Positions 1-10,021 of a DNA stretch of 55,875 nt are shown in pieces. Below the pieces are notes generated by a model. It ran no database searches. It saw nothing but the letters and a program-made list of their open reading frames with translations, and was not told where the DNA came from. The DNA comes from an uncultured Nitrososphaerota archaeon. GTDB lineage: Archaea; Asgardarchaeota; Njordarchaeia; Njordarchaeales; Njordarchaeaceae. The stretch's first letter is position 1; the number at the start of each line of letters is the position of its first letter. The stretch lies in assembly GCA_964518475.1 (NCBI GenBank), contig CAZFGR010000006.1, forward strand, positions 23,355 to 79,229, in the 5' to 3' direction. The position numbers were made by a program, and so were the translations under genes.

Positions 1-73
1 GTCACCCCAAGACACGGTGCCTTTTAGAGGAGGGGAGAGGAAAAAGAAGTTGGCGAAAAAATAGAGTTAAAAA

Positions 74-448
74 ATGTTAAATCTTTTCTTCTTTTTGGTG
101 ACTAGCTTGCCTAGGCGCATGCGTTGGGGGCGAATACATCCAGAATTGCGGAACGTGATGATGTTTCTTAGGGCGATTGCTGGAGGACCTAGATGGGGGA
201 TCCTGAGGATTCTTAGCGAAGGAAATAAAACGACTAGTGAGATTTATGATGCTTTGATTAGTAGGTATGGATTATCTATGCCTCGTTCGCTCCTGTATTA
301 CCATTTAGATAGTCTCGAAAGTATGGGAATTATCGAACTTGTGGGTTATCGAGAGACTGGTAAGGGAGGAGCTCCAGAAAAAATTTGGAGGCTGAAGATT
401 CGTAGGGTAGTTATCGATATTATTGAGGGCAAGATCTCTGTAGAATAA
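74..448 (+). CDS. ArsR-like winged-HTH transcriptional regulator (true start possibly ATG at 119)
   Basis: R..IL..L.EG.KTTSEI...LYYHLDSLESMGIIE pattern and a GAPEKIW wing, typical of archaeal ArsR/HTH_20 proteins. Confidence 0.8.
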   Translation: MLNLFFFLVTSLPRRMRWGRIHPELRNVMMFLRAIAGGPRWGILRILSEGNKTTSEIYDALISRYGLSMPRSLLYYHLDSLESMGIIELVGYRETGKGGAPEKIWRLKIRRVVIDIIEGKISVE

Positions 449-493
449 AAATATATTAGAGCCCACAGTATCGACTTTTTTAGGGCTTTCCTT

Positions 494-1588
494 ATGCTAT
501 ATTTCGTGATAGTTACTAGGGTATGTAATCTGCACTGCATATACTGTGGTAATGAGCCCGATCCAAGTGTAGAGCCTCTAGAAATTAGCTATGATATCAA
601 AGATTTAAAACGCTTCATAGAGAAAGATCCAGAACCAATTATCGCTTTTTATGGTGGAGAGCCTCTTCTTAGAATAAATATAATAGAGGAAATTATGGAT
701 AGTATAAGAGCTAGGCATTGGGTTCTCCAAACAAATGGGTTATTCTTAAACAAGCTGGATCCTGATTATTTAGTTAGATTCGATACTATCCTAGTGTCAA
801 TAGATGGAAGACCCGAGGTAACTAATTATTACCGAGGCCCCAGAACTTATGAACGAATCCTACGCAACATCAAGTTAATTCGTGAGAGAGGTTTTAGGGG
901 AGATCTTATAGCGAGAATGGCTGTATCGGAGAGAACAGATATTTATGCTGATGTTAAACACTTACTGCAGCTTAAGGATCCTGGATTTGACCATGTGCAT
1001 TGGCAACTGGATGTTCTTTGGGATTCTCCCCCTTACCAACGCTATAAAAATTTTGATAAATGGGTTCGGGAAATATACAACCCCGGTATCTCGAAACTCG
1101 TAGAATACTGGTATGAAGAAATGATCGAAAAGGGAAGAGTTCTAGGTATAGTGCCCTTCATAGGAGTGATGAAGACCTTATTAAAGGGTGAGAAAACATA
1201 TTTAAGATGCGGTGTTGGTATAGATGCCTTCACAATAACGACTTCTGGTAGAATAATTGCATGTCCAATAGCTCCAGAATTTGACTGGAATTTTCTAGGA
1301 GATATATGGAGTACAGGGCCGAAAGACCTTCCTTGGAGAATCGCTGTTGGAGAACCATGCACGTCCTGCGATATCTATCATTTATGTGGTGGGAGATGTT
1401 TATTCGCTAACAAAACAATGCTTTGGGGAATAGATGGTTTCCGTAAAGTTTGCCAGACAGTTAAACACCTGATAAATGAATTAGAAAAAGTAAAGCCAAA
1501 AATAGAAAAATTAATAGAAAAGGGAGTGATTTCGGAGGAGGACTTTGACTATCCACCCTTCAATAATAGTGTAGAGATAATTCCCTAG
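494..1588 (+). CDS. Radical SAM/SPASM enzyme, AF0577 (TIGR04084)-like family
   Basis: CNLHCIYC SAM motif, YGGEP, SPASM cysteines (C..G, CP, CTSC..LCGGRC) and a C-terminal NSVEIIP. Confidence 0.85.
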   Translation: MLYFVIVTRVCNLHCIYCGNEPDPSVEPLEISYDIKDLKRFIEKDPEPIIAFYGGEPLLRINIIEEIMDSIRARHWVLQTNGLFLNKLDPDYLVRFDTILVSIDGRPEVTNYYRGPRTYERILRNIKLIRERGFRGDLIARMAVSERTDIYADVKHLLQLKDPGFDHVHWQLDVLWDSPPYQRYKNFDKWVREIYNPGISKLVEYWYEEMIEKGRVLGIVPFIGVMKTLLKGEKTYLRCGVGIDAFTITTSGRIIACPIAPEFDWNFLGDIWSTGPKDLPWRIAVGEPCTSCDIYHLCGGRCLFANKTMLWGIDGFRKVCQTVKHLINELEKVKPKIEKLIEKGVISEEDFDYPPFNNSVEIIP

Positions 1589-3063
1589 TCCCCGCTCTCT
1601 TCCTGCCTCATTTTGTCAAGCTGTTTTGCTAGTTGGAGAACCTTGTTAGAGAGGTACCCCAGAATAATCCCGTATACTGTTACTAGGTATATTGGTAGTG
1701 TAAGTAGTATCGTGATTAAGACTATGGGTATTAGCTGGTATATGTAATAACCTAAATAACTAAACACCAATGAGACAGCCATTATTAGGAGGAAAAGAAT
1801 CATTCTCGAATCATACCTAAGCACTCTCTTCTCAAAGATTGCTGGCTTCTTGGTGTATCCTAGGAATAACAATAACACCGCAACGACTGATACAACTGTT
1901 GCAGAAGTATTCATTAATAGTTGAGTAGAGAGCTCGTTAGCAAGTATTAGGGAGAAGTTTGTAGCAGAGAATATTGATAAACCAAGTGCTACCACTGTTG
2001 GTATTAGGAAGTAAGCTGACTTGAGAGGTATTTGTCTTCTATACAACAGCGCGGTGAAGACAATAATAAATGCCCAGATAATCGCCCCTACAACAAAGAA
2101 TATTGCATCAAAACTCTTTGGTGGATCTATGACTATGTCCGTGATCATGGTTGATAACTCGGAATCATACCATCCTCCAAAGGAGACGTATTCAACAGAG
2201 AGAAAACGTATCCATGGAGGGAAAATCTTCGTTAATTTGTTATCTAAATTGGATAATTTGCTTCTTCTAACAGTTATTGAGGGGGACGAGAAAGCATATC
2301 CGTATATATCAAGAGTCTCTAATTCTTCTTCAAGATCTAATGGGGAAGCTGTAATGAAGTACAAGTGAACTCTGAAGTAGCCCTCGTAAGTAGCAGCTGA
2401 TATCTTTAGGGGGTAATAGATCTTATTACTGCGAAAAGTGTATACTAGGGGTGCTATAGTGTTATCCCCAGCCTCTATAGTGACGATATCTATTGCAAAT
2501 ATGTTATATCCCCTACTAATGTAGTCTTCGATGCAATAATCAAGAGTTATATTCTCAAGCGTTGCGTCGAGAGACCCGAAACCATTCTGCTCTGCAATTA
2601 TTTTTAGAGAATATAGAAAACCAGTATAATTCTCCGCTTTGATAACGGTGATGTTATGCGGCCCAAGGACTTTCTGGAGTATTATCTCTACTTCTCCTGC
2701 TGCTGGTACTCCTGATCCTCGGGGTACCCCGAGAGACATGTGCTTTTGCACAATACTTCCTAGACCTTCAAAGACCTTCTTAGTACCTAGCTCTATTTTG
2801 GGTACCGATGGTAGAGGTAATACCTCTATTAATTTGGTGGAGACGGGACTATTAACAACCGTTGTGAGATATAGAACCTCCACACTTCCGTACCACGAAA
2901 TTACCGCATATTGACCAGGTTCTTCTAGTTTATAAGGCGTTGCTGCGATCCCTCCCCTATCAGCAAAAACATACTCCACGTTAGTAAAACTACTGCTCAT
3001 CGCTATCAGAGATAGCAAGAGAATGATAGAAAAACTCGTTAAGTTTCTAGGGATTACTCGCAT
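1585..3063 (-). CDS. Secreted/membrane-anchored DUF2330-like protein with several C-terminal TM helices
   Basis: N-terminal signal peptide ending FA-DRGGI, Q.AVI.W....E.LYL and PLPSVP motifs, YPLKIS, and about 5 hydrophobic C-terminal segments. Confidence 0.6.
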   Translation of the reverse strand: MRVIPRNLTSFSIILLLSLIAMSSSFTNVEYVFADRGGIAATPYKLEEPGQYAVISWYGSVEVLYLTTVVNSPVSTKLIEVLPLPSVPKIELGTKKVFEGLGSIVQKHMSLGVPRGSGVPAAGEVEIILQKVLGPHNITVIKAENYTGFLYSLKIIAEQNGFGSLDATLENITLDYCIEDYISRGYNIFAIDIVTIEAGDNTIAPLVYTFRSNKIYYPLKISAATYEGYFRVHLYFITASPLDLEEELETLDIYGYAFSSPSITVRRSKLSNLDNKLTKIFPPWIRFLSVEYVSFGGWYDSELSTMITDIVIDPPKSFDAIFFVVGAIIWAFIIVFTALLYRRQIPLKSAYFLIPTVVALGLSIFSATNFSLILANELSTQLLMNTSATVVSVVAVLLLFLGYTKKPAIFEKRVLRYDSRMILFLLIMAVSLVFSYLGYYIYQLIPIVLITILLTLPIYLVTVYGIILGYLSNKVLQLAKQLDKMRQEESGD

Positions 3064-3332
3064 AACTACCCCTCATCAAGGAACGAAACGTAGAAAACCG
3101 TATCAGTAGTTATATACTGATGATAAGGGGATAAAATTATACCAGAATGAACACCACGTTCATCCTTATTGAACATTATTAACTATGAACTCTTCTGCTT
3201 CTAGTAGAAGACTGAAGAATAGATTTATTCCATAGAACTCTCAGAAAAATATGCAAAAAGAGGATAGTTATGCTAAAATCTCCATAATAATTGAAAAATA
3301 TTATTGAATAGAGATTTCTCTGCGAGAAAATT

Positions 3333-4649
3333 TTATCTAATCAAATATATTTGAAAAAACTGCGTTAGGTAGCCGAGGAATATTATTAGGATGCCTATGG
3401 GTACGATATATTTCAGGAGCAGGAACCATATTTCTCTTATTTTTTCTTCTTCTGCGAATCTTTCTGCCTTCCATATCCATGCTACAAAAATTGATGTGAA
3501 CAATCCTATTAGGGGAGGGATAATTGTCCATAACCAATCGAATAGCATCCATACATCATATGATAAAGCCGATCCTATTCCAATTAAGAATTGAACAGCT
3601 CCAACAAATATTGCTGCCTTTCTTCTTTCGACCCCAAATTCGTCAATAAGATACGCAGTAGCGACTTCAAAAGCTGCCTTGGTACATTCTAACGCGGCTA
3701 TGGCGAAACTAAGAAAGAATAACACGCCAAATATGTATCCGAGAGGCATTTTCGCAAAGACTTGTGGGAGGACAATGAATGCTAGTTGGGGGCCAGCTGC
3801 TGGATGGAATCCAAATGCGAATACTGCTGGGAATATTGCTAAACCAGCGAGAATTGATGCTAAATTATCTCCAAAGGCGACCAGATAGGTATTATATTCT
3901 ATGTTTTGATCTTTAGCCATGTAGGAACCATAGGTTATTATGAAACCGATCCCTAACGCTGTGGTGAAATATACTTGGCCTAGTGCTTGTAACCACACCA
4001 CGGGATCAGCTAGAGCCTCTATGTGGGGCATGAAAAGGAAAATTATTCCTTCTGATGCGTTGGGTAGTGTGAGAGATCTTACCACACCTATTAGGAGAAT
4101 TATGAATAGTGCAGGCATAAGGATCTGTGTAACTTTCTCTATCCCTCTAGAAACTCCTTTGATAATGAAATATGTGCAGTAAATCGTAGCTATTCCTAGA
4201 CCAATAACAGATAGATATCCTGGGAATACTGATCTCCATATGCTTTCAAGCCTTTGAATATCCGTTGTAAAGATCTTTCCAGTTAGAGAAAGATAAAAAT
4301 AAACAATAGTCCATCCAACAACCACTAAGTACTGAGTATTAAGAAGCGTACCCAGAATAACCGTAGCGTCTCCCAAATATCGCCACTTATAACTCGCCCC
4401 TACCTCCCTAGCCGCTAACTCAAACGCACCTGCCGGCCCTTTCCTTGTCCTCTTACCGAGCAACGTTTCTGCATTATAGGCCGGAATACCTATGAGAATA
4501 TATGCCAAGAAATATATCAGGAGAAAAGCAGCGCCTCCAAACACACCAACTTTGTATGGGAATCTCCAGAGACTACCCAAGCCAATGGTTGCTGCCATAA
4601 AAGCAAAAGCGGCTCCTATTTTGGATTTCCATGTCTCCCTCTCTAGCAT
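3333..4649 (-). CDS. Sodium-dependent transporter, NSS/SNF family (probable amino acid uptake)
   Basis: RETWKS...IGLGSLWRFPY..G..GGAAF TM1 signature, GV.RGIEK, ALGQ..F and TYGSY. Confidence 0.93.
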   Translation of the reverse strand: MLERETWKSKIGAAFAFMAATIGLGSLWRFPYKVGVFGGAAFLLIYFLAYILIGIPAYNAETLLGKRTRKGPAGAFELAAREVGASYKWRYLGDATVILGTLLNTQYLVVVGWTIVYFYLSLTGKIFTTDIQRLESIWRSVFPGYLSVIGLGIATIYCTYFIIKGVSRGIEKVTQILMPALFIILLIGVVRSLTLPNASEGIIFLFMPHIEALADPVVWLQALGQVYFTTALGIGFIITYGSYMAKDQNIEYNTYLVAFGDNLASILAGLAIFPAVFAFGFHPAAGPQLAFIVLPQVFAKMPLGYIFGVLFFLSFAIAALECTKAAFEVATAYLIDEFGVERRKAAIFVGAVQFLIGIGSALSYDVWMLFDWLWTIIPPLIGLFTSIFVAWIWKAERFAEEEKIREIWFLLLKYIVPIGILIIFLGYLTQFFQIYLIR

Positions 4650-4739
4650 AGAGATGCACCAATAGAGATGTAGGGAATAGCAATAAAAAGTTAAGACATT
4701 TAAAGAATGGGTTAAAAAAGAGAGCTAGGAGATGGTGGC

Positions 4740-5072
4740 ATGGAGGAGGCGTTCTCAAAAATATTTACTCTCGTCACTATCCGAGAAATATTTAATATAA
4801 TAAAAGAATGTGCGTTAAGGAACTCTCTTAAAATAACCCGTGTTGACTCAAGCGAGAAGAGTACAGTAATAATGCTGGAAAACGTTAATTGCAAGGTAAT
4901 TATAACCTTAATGAGAAATAACCAAGTAATAGGCAACTCTACTATAAAACTACCGAGAGTAGAGATGATAGTATTCATTAAAGCTTATGCGAGAGAGATT
5001 ATTGATCGAGTAAAAGAGTCTTTATCAAGTTGTATCTCTGAGAAAATATTCTTATTAAGAGGCGGTGGTTAG
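4740..5072 (+). CDS. Hypothetical protein ending in LRGGG
   Basis: 110-aa ORF with a GGTGG SD and alpha/beta-like pattern; fills the gap upstream of the AOR operon. Confidence 0.6.
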   Translation: MEEAFSKIFTLVTIREIFNIIKECALRNSLKITRVDSSEKSTVIMLENVNCKVIITLMRNNQVIGNSTIKLPRVEMIVFIKAYAREIIDRVKESLSSCISEKIFLLRGGG

Positions 5073-5218
5073 GTATTAGTCACTATTTCTTTTCTTTTCT
5101 CCGTTAAAATATGCTCTTTAAAAAAATTAAAAAAGAAAGAACATAAAATTTAAAACACTAAATCAATGCTCCTTTCTTTATCTTTGGACACACAACATGA
5201 ACCACAGTTATTGGATAT

Positions 5219-5638
5219 TTGGTGAATTACTTGGCTAAGAGATTAACAGTTATGGATCCGGATAGATGCGTTGGCTGTCAGCTATGTATGTTCGCATGTA
5301 ATAGAAGATTCGGTGAAGGAGGACTAGAAAAGGCAGCACTGCACGTAAAAAGTGTAGGAGGTTTTGAAAGAGGGTTCACTGTCGTTGTTTGCAGGGCATG
5401 CATTGATCCACCGTGTGCGAGAGTATGTCCGACTGACGCATTAACACCCAGACCCGGAGGCGGTGTAACATTAAATGCTTCAAAGTGCATTGGATGCAAA
5501 GCATGCGTAGATGCCTGTCCCATTGACGCTATTTTCTGGGACGATGCGATTGGCAAGCCCATAATATGTGTTTATTGTGGTTATTGCGTCAATTTCTGTC
5601 CACACGGAGTATTAGCATTGGAGGAGGTTGGTAGGTAA
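5219..5638 (+). CDS. 4Fe-4S polyferredoxin subunit of aldehyde oxidoreductase
   Basis: Four Cys cluster motifs (CVGCQLCMFAC, C..C.DPPC..VCP, CIGCKAC..ACP, CVYCGYC..FCP); TAATG overlap with the next gene. Confidence 0.92.
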   Translation: MVNYLAKRLTVMDPDRCVGCQLCMFACNRRFGEGGLEKAALHVKSVGGFERGFTVVVCRACIDPPCARVCPTDALTPRPGGGVTLNASKCIGCKACVDACPIDAIFWDDAIGKPIICVYCGYCVNFCPHGVLALEEVGR

Positions 5639-7395
5639 TGGTAGACGCTTATTTACGGAGAGTTTTGTATATTGATCTCACGCATAAGAGATACTGGGTC
5701 GAGGATCGAGAAGACTTATTCGAGAAATGGCTTGGTGGAGTAGGTGTTGCTGTACAATTACTCAAAGAGGAACTTCCTAAAGATGCCGACCCCTTGGGCC
5801 CAGATAACGTAATAGTCTTGGCCGTGGGACCTCTAGTAGGATATTACCCACTCGCTTCAAAAACAGTTGCTGTATTCAAGAGTCCCCTAACTGGGAATTA
5901 TGGGGAAAGCCATGCTGGTGGAAGAAGCGCTGTTGCTCTGCGAATGTGTGGTTTCGGAGCCATTGTTATCAAAGGAGCAAGTGATATTCCTATATACTTA
6001 GCGATACACAATGGAAAAGTCTACTTTAGAGATGCTGGAGCCTACTGGGGAATGCGCTCCACGTATACTGTAGGGAGAATTATAAGAGAGAATGAGCCCG
6101 GAGCGGGGCTGAGAACCATTATAAGGATAGGTTTAGCTGGAGAAAACTTGGTGAGGTATGCTTGTGCGACAACAGAAACCTATAGGCACTTCGGAAGACT
6201 CGGTCTCGGAGCTGTTATGGGTTCAAAGAAATTAAAGGCGATAGTAATTAGTGGAAAACGTCTCCTTCCCGTAAAGGATAAGAAACTATATAGGGAGATC
6301 TATCAGGAGATTTATGATAAAGCAGTCAAATCTCCATTAATGAAAAAATATCATGACTATGGAACGCCTGTCAATGTTAAGGTGCTTAACGAGATAAAAG
6401 CACTACCAACAATGAACCTCAAAAAGAGTTTCTTTGAGTATGCCGATTACTTAAGCGGAGAGTTCTTGGCCGAGAATTACTTGGGTAGGCGGGTTGCGTG
6501 CACACACTGTCCAGTCGCCTGCGTACATATAGCGACTTGGAGAGAACCTTACGAGGATGAACCATTCTTCTATAAAACAAAGTTCGTATCCTATGATTAC
6601 GAACCAATATACGCCCTAGGCACAATGCTCGGAATTAAAGATACTGTTGGATTCCTAAGACTATTGGAAGCCGTAGAGATTTATGGTCTAGATGCTATGA
6701 GTACTGGTGCTTGTTTAGCATGGGCAACAGAGGCTTTGGAGAGAGGTATAATTTCCGAGAAAGATACCATCGTCAAACTCTCATGGGGTGACTGGAAGAG
6801 CTATATAAAGGCCGTGGAGTATATTGTGAACCAACCTAATGAATTCTATAAAGCATTAGCAATGGGTGTCGAGTATGCATCCACAAAATATGGTGGGAAA
6901 GACTTCGCCCTTGCTTTTGGCGGTCTAGAGATGCCTGGATATCATACTGGTCCAGCTGCCCATATAGGATATCTCCTAGGTTCTAGACATAGTCACTTAG
7001 ATATGGCTGGTTATAGCCTTGATCAAAAAACTCTTGGGCAGGAATTGACTCCTGAAGAAACTGTTGATCGGTTAATGAAAGAGGAGACTTGGAGACAGAT
7101 TCTTTCGAGTCTTGTGATCTGTTTCTTCGCGAGGGGTATCTACTCGCCTGAGGTAGTGTCTAAAGCTCTAAAGCCTCTGGGATATGATCTATCGGAGGAA
7201 GACCTAAAGAAACTTGGAGAGGAAATCTATAAAGAAAAGTACAGGTTAAAGATACGAGAAGGCTTTGATCCTAGGAAACTCAGAATACCTCGTAGAATCC
7301 TAGAAACCGAATCCGCGAAGGGTAAATTGAGTGAAGAGTATATCCAAAAAGCCATTAGTTATTTCGTACAAAAAATTGGATTAGCTAAGCAGTAG
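5638..7395 (+). CDS. aor: Tungsten-containing aldehyde:ferredoxin oxidoreductase family catalytic subunit
   Basis: KSPLTG..GES.AGG, IG.AGENLV, GRLGLGAVMGSKKLKAIV, C..CPVAC and GLD.MS motifs. Confidence 0.93.
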   Translation: MVDAYLRRVLYIDLTHKRYWVEDREDLFEKWLGGVGVAVQLLKEELPKDADPLGPDNVIVLAVGPLVGYYPLASKTVAVFKSPLTGNYGESHAGGRSAVALRMCGFGAIVIKGASDIPIYLAIHNGKVYFRDAGAYWGMRSTYTVGRIIRENEPGAGLRTIIRIGLAGENLVRYACATTETYRHFGRLGLGAVMGSKKLKAIVISGKRLLPVKDKKLYREIYQEIYDKAVKSPLMKKYHDYGTPVNVKVLNEIKALPTMNLKKSFFEYADYLSGEFLAENYLGRRVACTHCPVACVHIATWREPYEDEPFFYKTKFVSYDYEPIYALGTMLGIKDTVGFLRLLEAVEIYGLDAMSTGACLAWATEALERGIISEKDTIVKLSWGDWKSYIKAVEYIVNQPNEFYKALAMGVEYASTKYGGKDFALAFGGLEMPGYHTGPAAHIGYLLGSRHSHLDMAGYSLDQKTLGQELTPEETVDRLMKEETWRQILSSLVICFFARGIYSPEVVSKALKPLGYDLSEEDLKKLGEEIYKEKYRLKIREGFDPRKLRIPRRILETESAKGKLSEEYIQKAISYFVQKIGLAKQ

Positions 7396-8622
7396 AACCT
7401 CAAGATAGACCTCTGCTCGCACTTTATAATTTTTTTCCACCACATTTTTTATTTCTTTAGGTAAATTATAGACTCTAGAGTTCGTCTCGTTTATACCTAT
7501 TGAAACCCTTATCTTGGCCGTATTTGATGATGGATCATAATTAACATCGATGCTTATAATTTCTACCCAAGGGTATTTCTCCGAAATATAATTAGTGACT
7601 GTTTTTCTTATCGAGTCTTCAAGACTTAGCTCCTTGTAATAGTTAACGGTAGATGCTGTTATAGGTATTAAAACAAGGATTAGTGCTATAATGATGGCTA
7701 ATAATTGCTTCCTAACTAATTTCCTAGCCAGAATTTCTTTTCTAGCGGATAATCCCGGTTTTAGTCCTGATAACCAGAAGTAGAGAATACTCATGGCATT
7801 TATTGCAATAATGTTGATGATTAGAAGGAGAGAAGATCCGAGAATTATCTGGCGTGCGTATGGATTCTTCTTGATAAGGAAAGCGAGACCAATGCCGATA
7901 TTAGCTGCTGGGGGGACTACCGAGGCTGCGATTGCTACTCCTACTAGCATTACTGCTGTTGCACTGGCTACGCTTAATGCTGCTGCTAGACCCGCTATTG
8001 TTGCGAACATTACATCTACTAGAGTAGGTCTCGCTCTAAGCATTATTTGTGAGGTAACTGTGCTATGCGGCATAAGTAGGGTGAAGAAAAAACCTGCTAG
8101 GATTGAGAGTGAGAGACCAACAATTTCTGACACTATACTTATCTTTCGTAAATCTGGAATATCCAGAACGACCCCTAACGATAGACCTAGAATGGGGCCT
8201 ATAACTGGAGCGATAATCATAGATGCTATAATCATTATTACGTTATCTGTTAACAATCCCAAAGTCGCGAGGAGAGAAGCTAATATTGTTCCTAGCACAA
8301 AATTGTTATTTAGTTCTGCAAGCCTTCTAACATCTATAAGAATTTCCTCGCGCGGAATTCTTGTGGGTCTTTTTATCTCAGCAACTGGAATCTCGGGTAA
8401 AGCATATTCAATTGTATAGACTACAAAGCTTCCGTAGAGTGATCCAACACCAACTTTCTTGATTGCATCAATAACAATCTCAGCAAGTTCTTCTGGTATT
8501 GTTAAGAAAATCAAAGTGTTTTTTTGGTCACTTATCATGTCAAATTTGACTTGAAGCATTTCGAGAGTTTTTAAAACAATATCTTTCTTGTCATTTGGAA
8601 CAATAATATTTATTCCTCTCAT
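7381..8622 (-). CDS. TIGR00341/DUF389 family membrane protein
   Basis: LATLGLL.DN...IIASMIIAP..GPI and LVGVAIAASVVPPA motifs, with soluble N- and C-terminal domains. Confidence 0.88.
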   Translation of the reverse strand: MRGINIIVPNDKKDIVLKTLEMLQVKFDMISDQKNTLIFLTIPEELAEIVIDAIKKVGVGSLYGSFVVYTIEYALPEIPVAEIKRPTRIPREEILIDVRRLAELNNNFVLGTILASLLATLGLLTDNVIMIIASMIIAPVIGPILGLSLGVVLDIPDLRKISIVSEIVGLSLSILAGFFFTLLMPHSTVTSQIMLRARPTLVDVMFATIAGLAAALSVASATAVMLVGVAIAASVVPPAANIGIGLAFLIKKNPYARQIILGSSLLLIINIIAINAMSILYFWLSGLKPGLSARKEILARKLVRKQLLAIIIALILVLIPITASTVNYYKELSLEDSIRKTVTNYISEKYPWVEIISIDVNYDPSSNTAKIRVSIGINETNSRVYNLPKEIKNVVEKNYKVRAEVYLEVLLLS

Positions 8623-9524
8623 TCTTCTCCCTTCGTCCCGATTATAACATTTAGAATCTCCTTTAATGTCTTCTTTCTATTCTCTAGAGATTCAATACCG
8701 TAGGATATTGGGAAAAGAGTTAACTTTAGCTCTGGTGCTTTTTCTATCACGCCTACTTCTTTGGAGTCAAAAGTAATTATATCTACTTGTTCCTGGAGAC
8801 TTTCTATAGCTCCAAGAATATCTTGGGAAAATTTGCCTCGAGCTAAGAGAGCTTTGTCTAGCTTTGTAAGCCTATGAGGAAGAATACAGATAATCTCTCC
8901 TTTATGTTTCTCTAGGACCTTCTTTACACTACTAATTTCTCGAATAAATAACATTGTTAGCAATGATGTTTCATAGAGGACGATCCGCGAACTATCCTCG
9001 ATAGCCTCCTTTGCTGCTTCCGTGACTTCTGAGTCCTCACTAAAGAACTTTATTCTCCTTATCTCTTCCCCATCAAATGCCATGTAACTGAGAGGATCTA
9101 TCATTCTATGCTTCGTTTCAATCATTGTGGTTGATGGTGGATCTAGCAAAGGTAGAATCCTGTACTTTATCTTAAGAGCTTCACGAATCTTATCGTACAA
9201 TTGTGTCAATGACCACTCCTTCTCAATCCATATCGTGAGAAGAAACATTAGAACACTATCAAAATCCGTTAGTCTGCGGCCAATAATGTTTAGCGCGTTG
9301 AGAATGTTCGAGACCCTATAAGTTGTTCTAAAATGTCGCCTACCCAACGCTGAGAATACTGATGATAGTCCTGGCGAGAAATGGAATCCTGGATCTAGCT
9401 TAAAATCAAAGGATGGTACGTGGATGATCACAACGTCATTTGATGATAATTGTTTAACTACTTCTGGGAAATGCCATGAAGTATTAATGCCGTCAACTAG
9501 AAAGGTTATCATAGAAATTCTCAT
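8619..9524 (-). CDS. Divergent CofD/UPF0052-fold protein (probably non-catalytic)
   Basis: Colinear resemblance to CofD blocks (FSPGLSSV.SALG, ILP..D....T.IET, A.EAIEDS..I.L), with the conserved catalytic motifs degenerate. Confidence 0.5.
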   Translation of the reverse strand: MRISMITFLVDGINTSWHFPEVVKQLSSNDVVIIHVPSFDFKLDPGFHFSPGLSSVFSALGRRHFRTTYRVSNILNALNIIGRRLTDFDSVLMFLLTIWIEKEWSLTQLYDKIREALKIKYRILPLLDPPSTTMIETKHRMIDPLSYMAFDGEEIRRIKFFSEDSEVTEAAKEAIEDSSRIVLYETSLLTMLFIREISSVKKVLEKHKGEIICILPHRLTKLDKALLARGKFSQDILGAIESLQEQVDIITFDSKEVGVIEKAPELKLTLFPISYGIESLENRKKTLKEILNVIIGTKGEE

Positions 9525-9750
9525 CTCCGATTCATTTTTGAACTCTGGATTCGAGAATAAAGCCTAAATCTTCATTTTTCAAGAAACTTTTTCTTAGCTG
9601 TATACACCTTAGAAAGGATAATAATTTCTACGTATCATCAAATATAAATGTTCCCTCACTAATCTTCTTAAGCTTTATAAATGTTTCCATCTGTAAAAGA
9701 TTCACTCCCTATACCCCTAGGTACTTACGTATTAATCAATTACTGAGGCG

Positions 9751-10008
9751 ATGATATTGTCGAAGATTACAGCTTATATCATGATTAATGTAGAGGTAGG
9801 GAAAACCGCCCACGTTTTTAATATGCTTCAAAAGCTAGATTTTGCCGAGCTCGTCTCTGTTACAGCTGGGGAATTCGATATAATAGTTCGGGTAACCGTA
9901 GACTCGTTGGAGGAACTCTTCTATAAAACTGAGGAGATTCATGGCATCGACGGAGTATCACGGACTCTGACGCTAATCGTAGAGAAAGAGGCAAAGAGAG
10001 AGGATTAA
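9751..10008 (+). CDS. Stand-alone Lrp/AsnC ligand-binding (RAM) domain protein
   Basis: AYIMI.VE.G, GEFDIIVRV and I.GV.RT.TLIV; no HTH. Confidence 0.88.
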   Translation: MILSKITAYIMINVEVGKTAHVFNMLQKLDFAELVSVTAGEFDIIVRVTVDSLEELFYKTEEIHGIDGVSRTLTLIVEKEAKRED

Positions 10009-10021
10009 GGGAGGATTTTTC

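Noticed and set aside
1-45. Possible IS200/IS605-type right-end remnant (GCCTTTTAGAGGAGGGGAG)
   Set aside because: Too short and degenerate at the window edge, with no tnpB sequence visible.
3069-3130. Hammerhead ribozyme-like words (GAAAC...GTA...CTGATGA)
   Set aside because: Stems I and III cannot form around the core, and the CTGA is consumed by a simple hairpin.
3117-3172. Box C/D-like pattern (CTGATGA...CAGA-ATGAACA...TTGA)
   Set aside because: The boxes are degenerate, the first guide is too long, and no archaeal rRNA/tRNA complement was recognised.
7793-8419. Long antisense ORF (208 aa) and similar shadow ORFs (e.g. 2021-2368, 31447-31851, 37220-37621, 53061-53504)
   Set aside because: They lie on the opposite strand of well-supported genes and show no protein motifs.
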